From contig NC_043000.1 of NCBI RefSeq assembly GCF_006345805.1, positions 133,610,001-133,674,000 on the forward strand: 64,000 bases of DNA, read 5' to 3'. Below are positions 1-13,100 of the stretch, piece after piece. The notes beneath the pieces were generated by a model, which made no database searches, was not told the origin of the DNA, and saw only the letters and a list, made by a program, of their open reading frames with translations. Within the stretch, counting starts at the first letter, position 1; every line of letters begins with the position of its first letter. The translations under genes were made by a program, and so were the position numbers. Origin of the DNA: Octopus sinensis (lineage: Eukaryota).

Positions 1-91
1 AAATATATTTCATTTTTACTATGCTAAATCATATACAACATGATTTCGTCAATATATCCGCATATCAACATTTCTCACTTTCATTGTTTAA

Positions 92-108
<17 letters not shown>

Positions 109-139
<31 letters not shown>

Positions 140-167
140 ATATATATGTATATAAACACATATGTAT

Positions 168-217
<50 letters not shown>

Positions 218-245
218 CACATATGTATACACACACACACACACA

Positions 246-278
<33 letters not shown>

Positions 279-316
279 CATATGTATACACACACACACA
301 CACACACACACCACAC

Positions 317-349
<33 letters not shown>

Positions 350-488
350 ACACATATGTATACACACACACACACACCACACACACATATATATATATAT
401 ATAAACACATATGTATACACACATACACACACACACCACACACACACATATATATATATATATAAACACATATGTATACACACATATA

Positions 489-536
<48 letters not shown>

Positions 537-595
537 CACACACATATATATATACATACATATATACATGCATACCTACATACATATACACGCAT
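109..595. repeat. Compound (TA)n/(CA)n microsatellite with a recurring ACACATATGTATACAC unit about every 60 bp
   Basis: The unit recurs about 6 times between 155 and 485. All ORFs here are low-complexity artefacts. Confidence 0.95.
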
Positions 596-1184
596 CTAAG
601 GATATAACATTTATTTTCAGGAAATCAAGCAGCACTAAATGTGTAATACAAAACTTCTCAAACACACATTGTTTCTGGTTGTCAGATGTTTCTAGATGTC
701 TATGGTCACGTGATGTCTTCATCAGCGAGGCTACAAAATAATCACTGTAGCACACAAAACCTTATGCCTTGCTAATAACCCCAATAACGAAATATAAAAT
801 ACATTCAATTTTCTATGAAAAGAAAAACAACTTTGCATCACTGATAGAATCTCCAAAATCAATGCTAAAATCAATAATCTAAAAATCATTGTAATAACTA
901 TATGGATAAACATTTTATTGAGAATACTTTTGTGTAATTCCATAAGGTTCAGAGCGATATAATTTACAACATATAAGTGCATCTCACACACGGAGATTGA
1001 CGTGCGAATACTATGACGTGCGAATACTATAATACCTCGTTTTCCGTAAGTTAATGATAAATTCTTTTATTAGCAATGATATTTATGATTCTAACATTCG
1101 TACAAAGGTTTTGGTGCAATAAATTGAAGGATTTTGTTTAGGGTAATTCAAGAGGCGCGTTGTGCCCTCGAGAAAGACACTTTC

Positions 1185-1405
1185 CTGTTGCTCCGGTTCA
1201 CGCAGCTGGCAAAAATGAGTAGTACCTGTAAATCAAAGGGCGAGCCCTTTTACATTCTCTGTCGCGCTGAATCTCCTTAAGAACTAGGTTAAGGGTACGT
1301 GTGTCTGTACAGTGCTCAGCCACTTGCGCGTTAATTTCACGAACAAGCTGTTCCGTTCGTCGGATCAACAGGAACCCTGGTCGTCGTAACTGACGGAGTG
1401 CTAGT
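1185..1405 (+). mobile_element. 3' part of a SINE (CORE-like segment plus family C tail)
   Basis: cagccacttgcgcgttaatttcacgaacaagctgttccg...gtcgtaactgacggagtgc matches the tail of the minus-strand copy at 37021-37404. Confidence 0.75.
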
Positions 1406-3759
1406 TGATTATAGATATGTCGGTAGTAATTAGTACTTTACCGATTCTGTGTTACTTTACAATTTACGTAAAGTGTAACACAAACGATTCCCTTTGCAAG
1501 ACGCAGAAAAAGTCAATACTTGAACGTAAACTTCTTCGAGCATTTAACAGCCAGAAGCGTAATTCCCAGGGATAGAACACATTATATATTCATGTGGTTT
1601 GATTTTATTTTCAAGTGCCTCTTATTAGGTGTGCTCATACATCATTGTATTTATATAATATCACTGAGAATCTGCTTCTATTCACTTTTACTGAGCCCTC
1701 CAAGAAATCGGTCTGCAAACCAAGAATATTTAGATACTTCTACGAAATATTGCTCCTTCTTTGTAAGTGTATGTGTATATATATATGTGTATGTGTTCAC
1801 ACAGTATCAAGATATGATATATTATGTATGTAACATGGTATAATTATAAACAGGGCAAATTTTAGCCATTTCTCCGCCGAGTGAAAAAATGAAACCTCCA
1901 GCTTCTATATCCAGACTATGAATTCCTATTCATACCAATAATAATTGGAGCACTAGGTTTTGTTAGTAAATATTTAAAGGAGATCTAGATAAACTGAGAT
2001 TTTCAGAAAGAGAAATTGACCGGCTGATTCGTACATTGCAAGTCCAATCTGTGAGTGGAACAGTAAAAATATGCAAGACTTTTCTCAAGTTTCAAATGTG
2101 AATTTGTCTGTATTAACTACATCCCAAAGATGAGCTTTGTATCTTTGTTGGAAACAGGCTCCCTCCTCAGTGGAAGATTTATAATAGATAAAAAATAGAA
2201 GAGACATACATACATAAATACATACATACATACATACATAAATACATACATACATACATACGTATCTATTACGGATGTACCTTAATATGTCGCTCACCAG
2301 TATTTCAACATCTTTGACATCAACAAAGCGTGAGAATCTAGATAAGCTGTCCGTGTTCAGGATTCAGATTACATCACAATACGTGCTAAGAAGTTTATCT
2401 CTGACACACATTTACTGCAGATTCTAGTGTGGCCCAAGTTGTGTTGTTATACTCCTCACACTGTTCCTCATGTGTATTCGATCTTTGTGATGTCGCCTCT
2501 CACCACACTCATTCCCATGCCGCTGATACCACCCATTATTCATTATTTGCCTTTCAAACACTGAAGTATGCCATCTACGAGCAACCTACACACGAAGTGC
2601 CATGACACATCCAAAATGCACCATCTCAATAGCAAGGTTATCAGAAATATCGCAGGTCTCAATCTGGGTTGATCAGGGCGAAAGATCGGGCAGAATAGTC
2701 AGAACGAAATTTAGTTATGACCCTTTACGTTCGAAGTTAAAATTCTGCCGTAATAAACTTTCCTCTATGCTCTGAGTTAAGATGCAGCCGATAAACTTTA
2801 ATTGGTCCTCCCAAGATTGAAAAATAAAGGAGCAGCTAAGAACTTGAGCAAATTTACTACTCCAATGAAACAACCAAATTAAGGGGGAAATGAAAAAGAG
2901 GAGGAATGACAACTTTTTAAAATATAATCAAACCAGATGTAACTTAAGTTGAGGATGTGCTCCAGATGTTCACCAAGGTGATGTAAGTACCTACAAGTTT
3001 TTCAATCAATTATTGCATCCTCCTTGAGAATAACAATATTTCTCTCATTAGGATCTATAGTTAATTGAATTTACTTCGTATATGTCGGATATCCCATCTT
3101 GGAATGAATCCAGATGTATCCCTTGAACTCGGAACATAAAAAAATGAAACTAGTGAATTCTGTTAGAGATTTCGTCCTGTTTTCAACCAATTCAACCAAA
3201 CAACTGTTCATCTGGCAAGAATAAATGATTTCTTACACAATACCATGAACTTATTGGGGAAGGTTGTAGTAGATTAAAACAATTCTAAGCATACTACTGG
3301 TACTTATTTCATCGGCCACAGCGTAAAGAAAAATGTTGCCTCTTGGGAATTGAACTCAGGACGTAGAGAGACGTAAGTAAATTAGGTTAAATGTTTTACC
3401 ATCGACCAATCCACCCCTGTAAGTGTGAGAAGAATGAGAAACAGAAATGACAACAATAACCGACTAAATATCTAATAACTTGTATGATAGTAGTTTGTCT
3501 CATCACTTAGTCTACCTTCGAATGAAAACGAAGTCTAAATAACTATATATACAATGGTATGAGGCTAATTTGTGTATGAGTCCTAAATCGAATGCTGAAA
3601 GACTTGGTGGTAAATTAACATTAAGAAGATAAGTGTGTCATCATGTTGTGATCTGTCAAAGAAGAAATATATTTTGGTTTTCAAAATGAATTACAAATAG
3701 AATACAAAACATATTAGGGAGATAATATCAAAATATAGTTGATTCTAATTTAGACACTA

Positions 3760-3925
3760 GGCAAACAATTTTGAGAGAGGGAGCCGGTCTATTAAAGTGA
3801 TCTTGACTGGTACTTTATTTTCTCAGCCACAAATAAATGAAAGACAAAGCTGACTTCAGCAAGATTTGAACTTAAAACGTAAGCAGCGGAAAAAGTGGTT
3901 GTTTAAAATTGCTGGCCTTGTACCT
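3760..3925 (-). mobile_element. Diverged family B SINE
   Basis: ctggtactttattt...gacaaagctgacttcagcaagatttgaactt resembles the reverse complement of the family B core. Confidence 0.55.
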
Positions 3926-4134
3926 AAATCAGAAACCGTGTATCGCATATGATACACTGGACATATTTCCCTGGCGTCTACACATCATGTATAACACACA
4001 TTCCCATTTTCTTTACAACCATCCGAGTAACCTGGGACTTATGAAAAGAAAGCTATGAAACAAAGGTTAACTACAAGTCCGAAAACCAGCATAGACGTTT
4101 AGGACAAACTTATGAAAATGATTTCCATGGTGAA

Positions 4135-4285
4135 GGGTTAAGGGAAAGGACTAGTCAATTACACCAACCTTAGTATTTGACTGGTACTTTATTTTATCGA
4201 CTCCAAAGGAATGAAAGGCAAAGTTGACTGCAACAGTATTTGAACTCAGAATGTAAGGAGCCGGAAAAAATAAGGCGAGGCATTT
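4135..4285 (-). mobile_element. Diverged family B SINE
   Basis: ctggtacttttattttatcgactccaaagggaatgaaaggcaaagttgactgcaacagtatttgaactcagaatgtaagg. Confidence 0.65.
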
Positions 4286-5215
4286 TACATCACGAAATTG
4301 TAATACAAACCTGTTTTAAATAAAGAAGGCTTTCATCAATCGCTGCTGCTCATAGTTTAAAATCGTGCTATCATAATTATATGCGTGGGTTTACTGAAAC
4401 AAGTTAAAACTTTATTTAAACAATGACACAGATTAAGTTAATTTCATAAAAATGAAAATACAATATTGTACCTTTAGCCAAGCTTATCAACATATCGGTA
4501 ATTCTTTTCATATTCAATAACTGTTTAACTTCTTGCCTCTCTACGTGCCTCAGATTTGATTACAAAACGATTCACCATTCTTTCAGAAATGGATGTTTTA
4601 TCTAGATTCCGGCATGTTGGGTCAATAAAGGAAGAAGACTATGGCGATGGCAGTATTTGCCGTCATGGTATCTAATTATAGTCCCATCTTTTACAAAAAT
4701 CCAACAGCAGGTTAAAACTAATATAATCACTAATAATGGGATGAGACAGAAGGAAATTAACTTCCGACCAGAAGAAAAATTAAGAATAGATACATTTATT
4801 TTCTTAAGAATGATACTATTTAATTAAAATAAATATATATTTTTTCTTCCAACAATTTCATGTGGTTCACCGTCTTTCTATAAAATGAAACGCAAGTTGT
4901 ATGCGTGTGAGACTGTCTTCCAAAATACATGTGTACACACATATTTTCATTTAACTTTCATATATTATGAAAATTAAATGTAAAAATAAGTGCGCATATG
5001 TATTTTACTTATAACTTACTCTCGCCCCCACAATACAAGCCCACGCACTTACATACACACGCGCACTAAGATACATACGCGTACATACAGACACTCAGTT
5101 GCACAGATGTGTGTGTTTATGTACAGATACATGCATGTTTTATACAAAAAAGGTGTAGCTAATAATATATATTTTCAGTTCAAAAGAACCTGCCAAAGAA
5201 GCCTTTAGCAAGTAC

Positions 5216-5255
<40 letters not shown>

Positions 5256-5280
5256 GTGTGTGTGTGTGTATATATATAGT

Positions 5281-5750
5281 AAAGTCTATTTGCTGACGTA
5301 AAGTGGCAGTCCTAGTTAGAACTGTGTTAATACCTTTTCTAGCCCCAAGAAAACATATTTTTCAACTGACTATCGACGCACAACTACGTCCTTATACATT
5401 GAACAAGGGAGCCAATGTCTCCACTCAGTCTTAAACGGTACCTGCGGACCAATGGTATCTGGGTTATTTCCTTTCATCGGCACAGGATAACCGTTGGCTA
5501 GAGATGGTAACACTAGGCTTTACTCGAAGTATATACTTTTAAAATGAAACACGGACAGTGATTTCGTTAGAAGAAAAGAAATTGGTTTTAAATCGCTGAG
5601 TGAGAAATAAGTAGTAACAGTACTACAGAATAAATCTATTTGCCAACGTAAAATGACAGTCCTGAGTAGGACGATGTTACTAGCTTTTTTTAGCCCTAGG
5701 AAAACATCTTTTTTCATTTGGCTATCGACGCACAAATGCGTTCATATATC
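5281..5750 (-). mobile_element. ~350-bp tandem unit (1.3 copies) carrying a type I hammerhead; retrozyme/PLE-pLTR-like
   Basis: tctatttg at 5285 and 5635 gives a 350-bp period with clearly homologous, diverged sequence. HHR at 5441-5486. Confidence 0.75.
5441..5486 (-). ncRNA. Type I hammerhead ribozyme, decayed
   Basis: Minus strand: CCTGTG-CCGATGA-AAGGAAATAACCCA-GATA-CCATTGGT-C-CGCAGG. Stem I is 6 bp, stem III is ACC/GGT, the triplet is GUC. The inverted copy at 5764 has an intact GAAA. Confidence 0.7.
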
Positions 5751-5752
5751 TC

Positions 5753-5990
5753 GAAATAATCCAGAAACCATTGGTTCGCAGGTACCGTTTAAGGCTGAGC
5801 AGAGGCATTAGCTCCCTTGTTCGAGGTATAAGGACGCAGTTGTGCGTCGATAGTCAACTGGAAAAGATGTTTTGTTGGGGCTAAAAAGCATAGAAACATC
5901 GTCGTAATCAGGATTGCCACTTTACGGTGGCAAATAGACTTTATTCTGTAGTACTGTTACTACTTAATTCTCGCTCAGAGATTCATAGAA
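5753..5990 (+). mobile_element. Inverted (head-to-head) arm of the 350-bp HHR unit
   Basis: Reverse complement of 5281-5470 plus 5590-5630. It starts inside HHR stem II (gaaataatccagaaaccattggttcgcagg). Confidence 0.8.
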
Positions 5991-6049
5991 CTTTCAAATG
6001 TATCCAGGCTCAATATATTTACATACTCATGCATAGATATGTGTGTGTA

Positions 6050-6203
6050 TGTGTTATATAATAATATAAATGATATATATATATATGATATAATATAATA
6101 AATAATCATATGCATAATAAATAATATATATATATAATAAATAATTATATATATATAATAAATAATTATATATATATAATAAATAATATATATATATGAT
6201 ATA

Positions 6204-6242
<39 letters not shown>

Positions 6243-6255
6243 TATATATATATAT
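6050..6255. repeat. AT-only micro/minisatellite
   Basis: (TA)n with repeated atatataataaataatt units. Confidence 0.9.
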
Positions 6256-6950
6256 GGGAACATGGACACGTAATCACATACATATGCAGAGTGCGTGCGC
6301 TTATGTATATGTGTGCAAATTTATGTAGCTATATAATGCATTTAAAGCTTCTTCGGACGATGACCTGAAGTTATTTCATATGAAATAATTAACGAAATAC
6401 GTTCAAACTTCTCTTTGATTGATAAACGAACTACAATACGGAGTATTAAAATGCAATAAGACGGATTAATAAATTCCTTTGTGAGAGCGAAAAAGCTAAT
6501 AGGTTCATCAAGAAAACAGACCGTATGGTAGCCTGAATTATATGCATTTATGTACGTAGTCTTTCATTATTAGTACTCTATTTATACATAAAACATGAGA
6601 CTGCATGTATGCAGCTATGTACACATGTAGTGGGTGAATTAGATTTTTTAACTTGTATATACTGGATAGCTAGTCTAGTACTTCGACCTTCCAGATTATT
6701 TACAACAGCGCATGTCTATGTTATGAGTTCTTGGGAAGATGGCTCTTGAAAAATATAACCTTCGTTCGTTACTGTAAACACAGTCTGGCAGGAAAATATT
6801 ACTTCCATTAGTCTATTGGTATTTTCTTCTTCATAATTTGATTATAAATAAATAAGAATAGGTCGCTACAAGAAAATATAACCAATTCTGTGTTGAAATG
6901 TAAACAAAAACGAACCATTTTGCCAGTGCATGTATGTGTGTGCGCGTGCG

Positions 6951-6989
<39 letters not shown>

Positions 6990-6994
6990 ATATA

Positions 6995-7154
6995 GGCGCA
7001 GAAGTAGCTGTGTGGTAAGTAGCTTGCTTATCAACCATATGGTTCCAGGTTCATTTCCTCTGCATGGCACCTTGGGCAAGTGTCTTCTATAGCCTCAGGC
7101 TGACCAAAGCCTTGTGAGAGGATTTGGTAGACGGAAACTGAAAGAAGCCCGTCG

Positions 7155-7197
<43 letters not shown>

Positions 7198-7384
7198 TTG
7201 TCCCCCCAACATCACTTGACAACCGATGCTGGTGTGTTTACGTCCCTGTAACATAGCGGTTCGGCAAAAAGAGACCGATAGAATAAATACTAGGCTTACA
7301 AAGAATAAGTCCTGGGGTCGATTTGCTCGACTAAAGGCGGTGCTCCAGCATGGCCACAGTCAAATGACTGAAACAAGTAAAAGA

Positions 7385-7385
<1 letters not shown>
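6995..7385 (+). mobile_element. Family A tRNA-headed SINE, full length, with an internal (TA)n(TG)n tract
   Basis: Head ggcgcag...tgtggtaag...ggttccaggttca; tail gactgaaacaagtaaaagag. About 10 copies in the window. Confidence 0.9.
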
Positions 7386-7444
<59 letters not shown>

Positions 7445-7445
<1 letters not shown>

Positions 7446-7915
7446 TGACTAAAAAAGCTTAATCTCTACTCTCCAACGCTGCCGTGAGCGCTTCATTATT
7501 TGTGAGATGCGGAAATATTTCGTCAATATTGCACAAATGATGTTGGCATCAATTTTAAAATCCACCCCAGACTTAGCCGCGGTGCTATCCACCCACTACA
7601 AAAATCGAACTCAACACACATAACAACATTACGACACAACTACTTTACCTCAACCGGTCCAGCTTTCTTTAATATTATACCAAAATACATCAAAATGGAA
7701 CCAGATTCCATAAAATTCAAAAGTTCTCTGGACAAATTTCTCCAAAAAATCCTGGACCAACCTCCTACACTCGGATATGTGTCCAACAATAATAATTCTT
7801 TGCTAGAGTGGGCCATGACGTTCCATATATGATTGACGTGTGAATCACGAAAGACTTCACTAGGTGGTGCTATTAAGTTAGAAATGGTTTGGGCCTATAT
7901 TGGCCGAAACCTATC
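7445..7915 (+). mobile_element. 5'-truncated CR1/L2-group LINE: ORF2 C-terminus, 3' UTR and (TATC)n tail
   Basis: Translates as KLNLYSLQRCRERF, frameshift, then ...NDVGINFKIHPRL...TGPAFFNIIPKYIK...FKSSLDKFLQKILDQPPTLGYVSNNNNSLLEW with a stop at 7830-7832. The LYSLxRRRER and FKxxLDKFL motifs are typical of this group. Confidence 0.8.
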
Positions 7916-7966
7916 TATCTATCTACCTATCTACCTGTCTACCTGTCTGTCTGCCTGCCTGTCTGT

Positions 7967-8013
<47 letters not shown>

Positions 8014-8070
8014 CTGCCTGCCTGCCTGCCGCCTGCCTGTCTGTCTGTCTGTCTCAATGTATCTATACAT
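7913..8070. repeat. (TATC)n/(GTCT)n/(GCCT)n microsatellite
   Basis: Direct reading. Confidence 0.95.
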
Positions 8071-8453
8071 ATCTGTATATATAAGTAAATATTATCATTT
8101 TCTATAGTCACATGTCGATCCATAGCTAACTTGTGAATAAAATTAGGTAAACGGTAACTCTATAGAAGCTTAACAGGTAGCTAGCATCTGTAATTTAAAA
8201 TTTACGACATTGCTGTACCTTGTAAGAACTACGCTATGGTTATACGTCTCTTTAAATCAGGAGCAAGTTAATCAGTTACTCCCCCCCAAAACTCAGGCGA
8301 ACGACAGAGATGCACCACCAAGATGTGTGCGTGTGTGTATGTTATATAATGATTTAGATACATGTGTATGCAAATGTTATCCATATCAGCCCTCTATACG
8401 ACACAGATGAAGACTATTTAGAATGTATTTAAGCTCTTTATCGTTTCAAAATT

Positions 8454-8527
<74 letters not shown>

Positions 8528-8901
8528 CATACTTGGAAATGGATGCGTCGCGTGAAATTAAATAATAACAGAATGATATGCAACAATTAAGTTTATATCT
8601 GACTGTGTCTACTTCTCCGTCTATCGAATTTTACTCATAAGGCTTTGGAATCGGCGAACTTCTGAAATATATTGTGATGTCTGATTTCAACACATGTAGA
8701 CAACTTATATTTCCTTTCGTTATCTTAGGTAAATATCTGATGAAATACTTATTAACCTAACCCTATTTGTTTAATCTTTAGCTAGTATTTTTATTACTAA
8801 TTGTACTAAAATAAACCAAGCCTATTGGAAGATAAGGCAGTAATAAAAAACGGCAATGATCTCCAACACATTTTGTCGAATCAACGAAGAAACCTTTATA
8901 C

Positions 8902-9108
8902 CAGGGGTGGGCAAACTACGGCCCGCCATAGGTTTTCATGCGGCCCGCCGAGAGCTTTTATGAATCCCAACTTCTATGCAGATACTTCGTAACTGTTTCA
9001 GTTGTACGGTAATTCACAATATTTTCACTTGATTTTTATAAATGAGGCCCGCCAAGGTTCCAAAGACGCACTGTGCGGCCCGCGATCAAAAAAGTTTGCC
9101 CACCCCTG
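8902..9108. mobile_element. hAT (Charlie-like) MITE, 207 bp
   Basis: TIRs CAGGGGTGGGCAAACT / AGTTTGCCCACCCCTG, perfect 8-bp TSD CTTTATAC, internal GGCCCGC repeats. Confidence 0.95.
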
Positions 9109-9924
9109 CTTTATACGGTAGTTCGACCTGTTGGAGAGCAACCAAACCACCCTCAAATTTCAAACTTTTCTTTTGTAAAGGAAAGACACATTGCACAGTG
9201 CCGCACTGCCAATGGGCACGGTCAGGCTGTTTGTGATTATATATCTGTCTCTATCAGAGCTGGCATAGGGGGAAACTACAAGAACTAGACATTCTTTGCG
9301 GCTGTTTATATTTTATATTTACTTTTTTTCACCGAAAACAAAGCAAAATTTATTCTTTGATGAGCATCAAAGAATAAATTAATCAAGTCATGATTAGCTG
9401 CTTTTTAGCCTTCAGTAAAAGATTAACAAAATTTTCCCCAAAAAAATTTACCATTTTCGTGCAAGCTACTAATAATGCTTTTCCAATGAAATTCTGTAAT
9501 CAATATGGTAAGAAAGTAAATTCTGTAATTGATGAATTATTGAAAGTAATTCAATCAAATAACTTAATTAAATTGTAAATTGAAAGATAACTTAATTAAA
9601 TTGTAAATTCTAAATGTAAGTCATTATAAATTGTAATTAAATTATATAAAGTAGATAACGAACGATTTCTTATCTCGACTTCAAGTGTGTAGGGGAGTGG
9701 TGGCATGGCCAAATATATACACAGAAAGAAACCTTTTCATGGCCTTTAGATCTGCTAGAAATAGCTAGCAAATCTTTCTGAAATACACCCTATTGTAACA
9801 AAAATGTGTAATGATATGATAATGTTGTTATAGATATACAAAAATACAAGATAGCCATTGCTGGAATGTCTTTGACCAAAGTAAAACTGGGGCTAAATAA
9901 TGATAACAACTGGGACTTAAATAT

Positions 9925-10100
9925 AAGATTAGGGCAGCGAATTGGCAGAGCCTTGTAGTATTTGTTCCGGCCTTTTATGTTCTGAGCTCAAATCCACCAA
10001 GGTCAACTTTGATTTCATCGTTTCAGGATCGATAAAATGAAGTATCAGTCAAATACTGTTATTATTGACTATTTTTTGCCTAAAATTTATGGCCTTCTGT
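9925..10100 (+). mobile_element. Diverged family B SINE
   Basis: gttctgagctcaaatccaccaaggtcaactttgatttcatcgtttcaggatcgataaaatgaagtatcag. Confidence 0.6.
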
Positions 10101-13100
10101 TTACATAAATGATTCACAAAATCAAGATTGCTTTGATCAATATATTCACACCTTGTTACCATGTCGTATTAAACAAGCTAATGAGAGAGAGCATCGACAT
10201 GATCGCTCGACCTGGGATAAAAACAGTGAAATCACCATTAAATCAAATCCTGCCTTGTTTTAAAATCTAAGACGCCTGTTAATGTAGTCCTCTGTTTCCA
10301 GCGTATTGAGAAAAGACTTCTTAAAATATTAGATTAACCAAACAAACGAGAGAGCTCGTACGTAGTCGCTCGACTGGTGAAAAAAATACTCTCTCAATTC
10401 GAATCATACCATGTTAAAAAAAGAAAACGTTAGTGAATGTGGCTCTATCATATGTTTCCAGTATGTAGAGTCAAGACTAGATTGTCACGTCTGTGACGCC
10501 TTTGGTCATTTGTCTGTTCGATCAGATGCAACAACAGCACTGCTGCTGCTGCTACTACTACTACTACTACATTTTACATATGCATCAAAAACTGATACGT
10601 TTTGTTAAACGACATAGTACTTTTGCCAAATGGTATCAACCACCATATTTTTGCTAAACAGCGCTACAAATCAATAAAAATAAAGGGTTAAACGATAACA
10701 GCCATGATCAAATTCTGCAAGTTTCAACATTTTTATTCGTTTTATTTTATTATCAGTTTCTTTCTCGTTTATTCCAAATTATATTTTCCATTAAGTTATC
10801 CTACACCGAATTCAACCATAAGACAATTATCTTCATTATCTTAATCGATAGTTTGACCTGGTCAAACTGACGCTCTATTAACAGGTTCTGAAGACTATCA
10901 TATGAAACAAAATATATCTTCTAGTCTCCATATTATGTTTAGCTTGATATTAATGTTAACATGTAATTGAACAGAAAGAGCCATCATTTTGGGAAATATT
11001 TCAAATTAACTGCCTGCTGCTAAAGCAGGAGGAACGTCTCTATAACAAATAAACCTAATATTTACATTCTTGAAGAGACATGGAAGAAAATATTAGCATT
11101 AATTAAGTTTGGGTGTATTTGCTGTAAAACCAGTTTGTGTTTACTCTAATGTGTGTGTTCTATGCAAATATTTGTGTATAACTGTTGTCAGACCAGTGTA
11201 GGTTCGCTATAAGGCCGATGCGTATTTGTTATGGTTTATCACCAGATCAAGGTTGATCCATAATACTAATGATGAAAGACATTCCAGTCGTGATTTTCTG
11301 ACTATTTAGGCGTCTCTATGACTAGTTATTAAATATGTCCTTTTTAAGATGGTCGGTTGTGATTTGAGAGGGAGAACTTTTCTGCTGTTTCTAACACATA
11401 GAGATGTAGTTTCTCTCTCTTTTTCAGGAGGAAATGACAGTAATTATGGCCCTTATAGAACCTTCGAGATTGGTAGGAAAAAGGGAGGTAATTGCAACCC
11501 GGAAACCTGGCCCAAATGTTTACAATAGAGGAACACAGCCAATATGCTAGGTGGTGATATTAAACCAGGCGATTCACTCAGTTTATAACGCGGATTTATT
11601 TCCTTCTGTATCAAAATCCTTCCTATTGAAAGCTTCAAGTGACTAAGAAAGCAACTAACTAAGGTTATCAGCCATGGTATTAGATTAATCATGAATGCCA
11701 GGTAGGCACTCTCATATCATGGTGACTTCTACTAGGTAAATGAAAGAAAGTGGACTATTAGTTTGACGTCTCTATGTGGAGTTACCGTGGAGTTGCAAGT
11801 GCGGATTTAGTTGGATTAATCCTCGTCGACACCCTCAAGAAGCGCATTTCACCCCACATTTCGGCTATGTACAGAAACGATAGCTTGGCATTTATTATAT
11901 AAATGTTGTACTAGGGATAGATTAACTTTTTAAAAAGTATTCTCGAAGATATTGGCTTAAACATTATTACATTATTATAAGCCCAAATCCTCTAAGCTTT
12001 CTATTAAAGCTAACTCTACTCATTTCTTGGACATTATTTTAGACCTGAAGTCAAGTAGGTATTTCTCTATAAAACTTGAAAAGCCATAATTTGAAACTTC
12101 ATGCCATAATTAGAAACTCAGCAGCCGAAGCTAGTAGAAGTAGCTTTTTTTTTTATTTATCCTTAGTTAGAAATATCTTCGACAGGACAGCACCCACAAG
12201 AACGAGGTGTCAGTAAGGAATGGCTTTCGTGGGAAATAAGTGTAAAAAGATCGTTATTCCTACTCCGAATAAAGGAAGAAAAAAATATAGTTCTTCCTAG
12301 ATATCTCTACAAACATAGCTAGGAACTTTTTATGCTTTATTAGTCAACCCTTTCTAAGCACGCAAATGAAACAAACCTTTTAATGTTTGTAACGTGAAGA
12401 TTAGTTACTTTTGTCTCGGTCATATAATTTCCAGCATCGCACGCTACAACAGAAACAAAGTACGCACAGGTTGTATCTTAAGGATTTGTCTGCAACTGTT
12501 AAAATCAAAGTACACGTCCACTAAAAGAGATTGTATTTTTCTAAGGCAGTATTCTATAGGATGACCCTTACCCATCTGGTAGTACTCCGAGGAGGAATTA
12601 CACGAGACTTACAGCCAATGACTTTAAGGCAGAGTTAACTCAGCGTACACACATCTTTAGGTCCAGGGACAAAAATCCACCGTTCTATATAGCCTTCGTG
12701 ACAGAAATGACCGGTCCAATACAACTCGCAACATCTTCGACAATGCTCTATGTTACTCGCCCTGAGCGCACAAATACTTTCTTTGGCCTTGTGAGAAACC
12801 GTGCTTTTTATAATAGCCTGATAGATTTCTTAACAAGACGACTTAAATTTTGTATTGCTACTATCAACAGAATACTGGTATTCAAGCCGGAACCAGTGAA
12901 TATTACCTTATCCATAAAGATTTTATATCTTATAGAAACATTAACTAATTTTCTAAAATTTATCTGGCTGGAATAAACAACAGCGCATCGTGACATATTC
13001 CAAAAATATGGATCGATCAAAATATAAATAAACTTTTCGGAGCGGAAAGTTGATGTAATATCAACTGTAGTGTGGGAAATATGTTTGCTATAAAATAGGA

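Noticed and set aside
40-607. Long ORFs in several frames (also 18160-21333, 46020-46607 and similar)
   Set aside because: Translations of TA/CA/TATC microsatellites (YIYI, HTHT, LSIY); not genes.
675-730. Minus-strand CTGATGAAGAC...GAAAC resembling a hammerhead
   Set aside because: Stem II is poor and no stem I forms.
975-1012. 17-bp tandem duplication tgacgtgcgaatactat
   Set aside because: Only two units with no spacers; a local duplication, not CRISPR.
7885-7912. GGCC-N6-GGCC-GAAAC (also 17362-17385) looks like half a hammerhead
   Set aside because: No CUGANGA-type core upstream; better explained as the LINE 3' stem-loop.
11420-11700. Polypyrimidine-CAG acceptor with downstream GTAGGC (similar sites at 25390, 44987)
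   Set aside because: No open reading frame or consistent exon chain; splice-like motifs are common in this composition.
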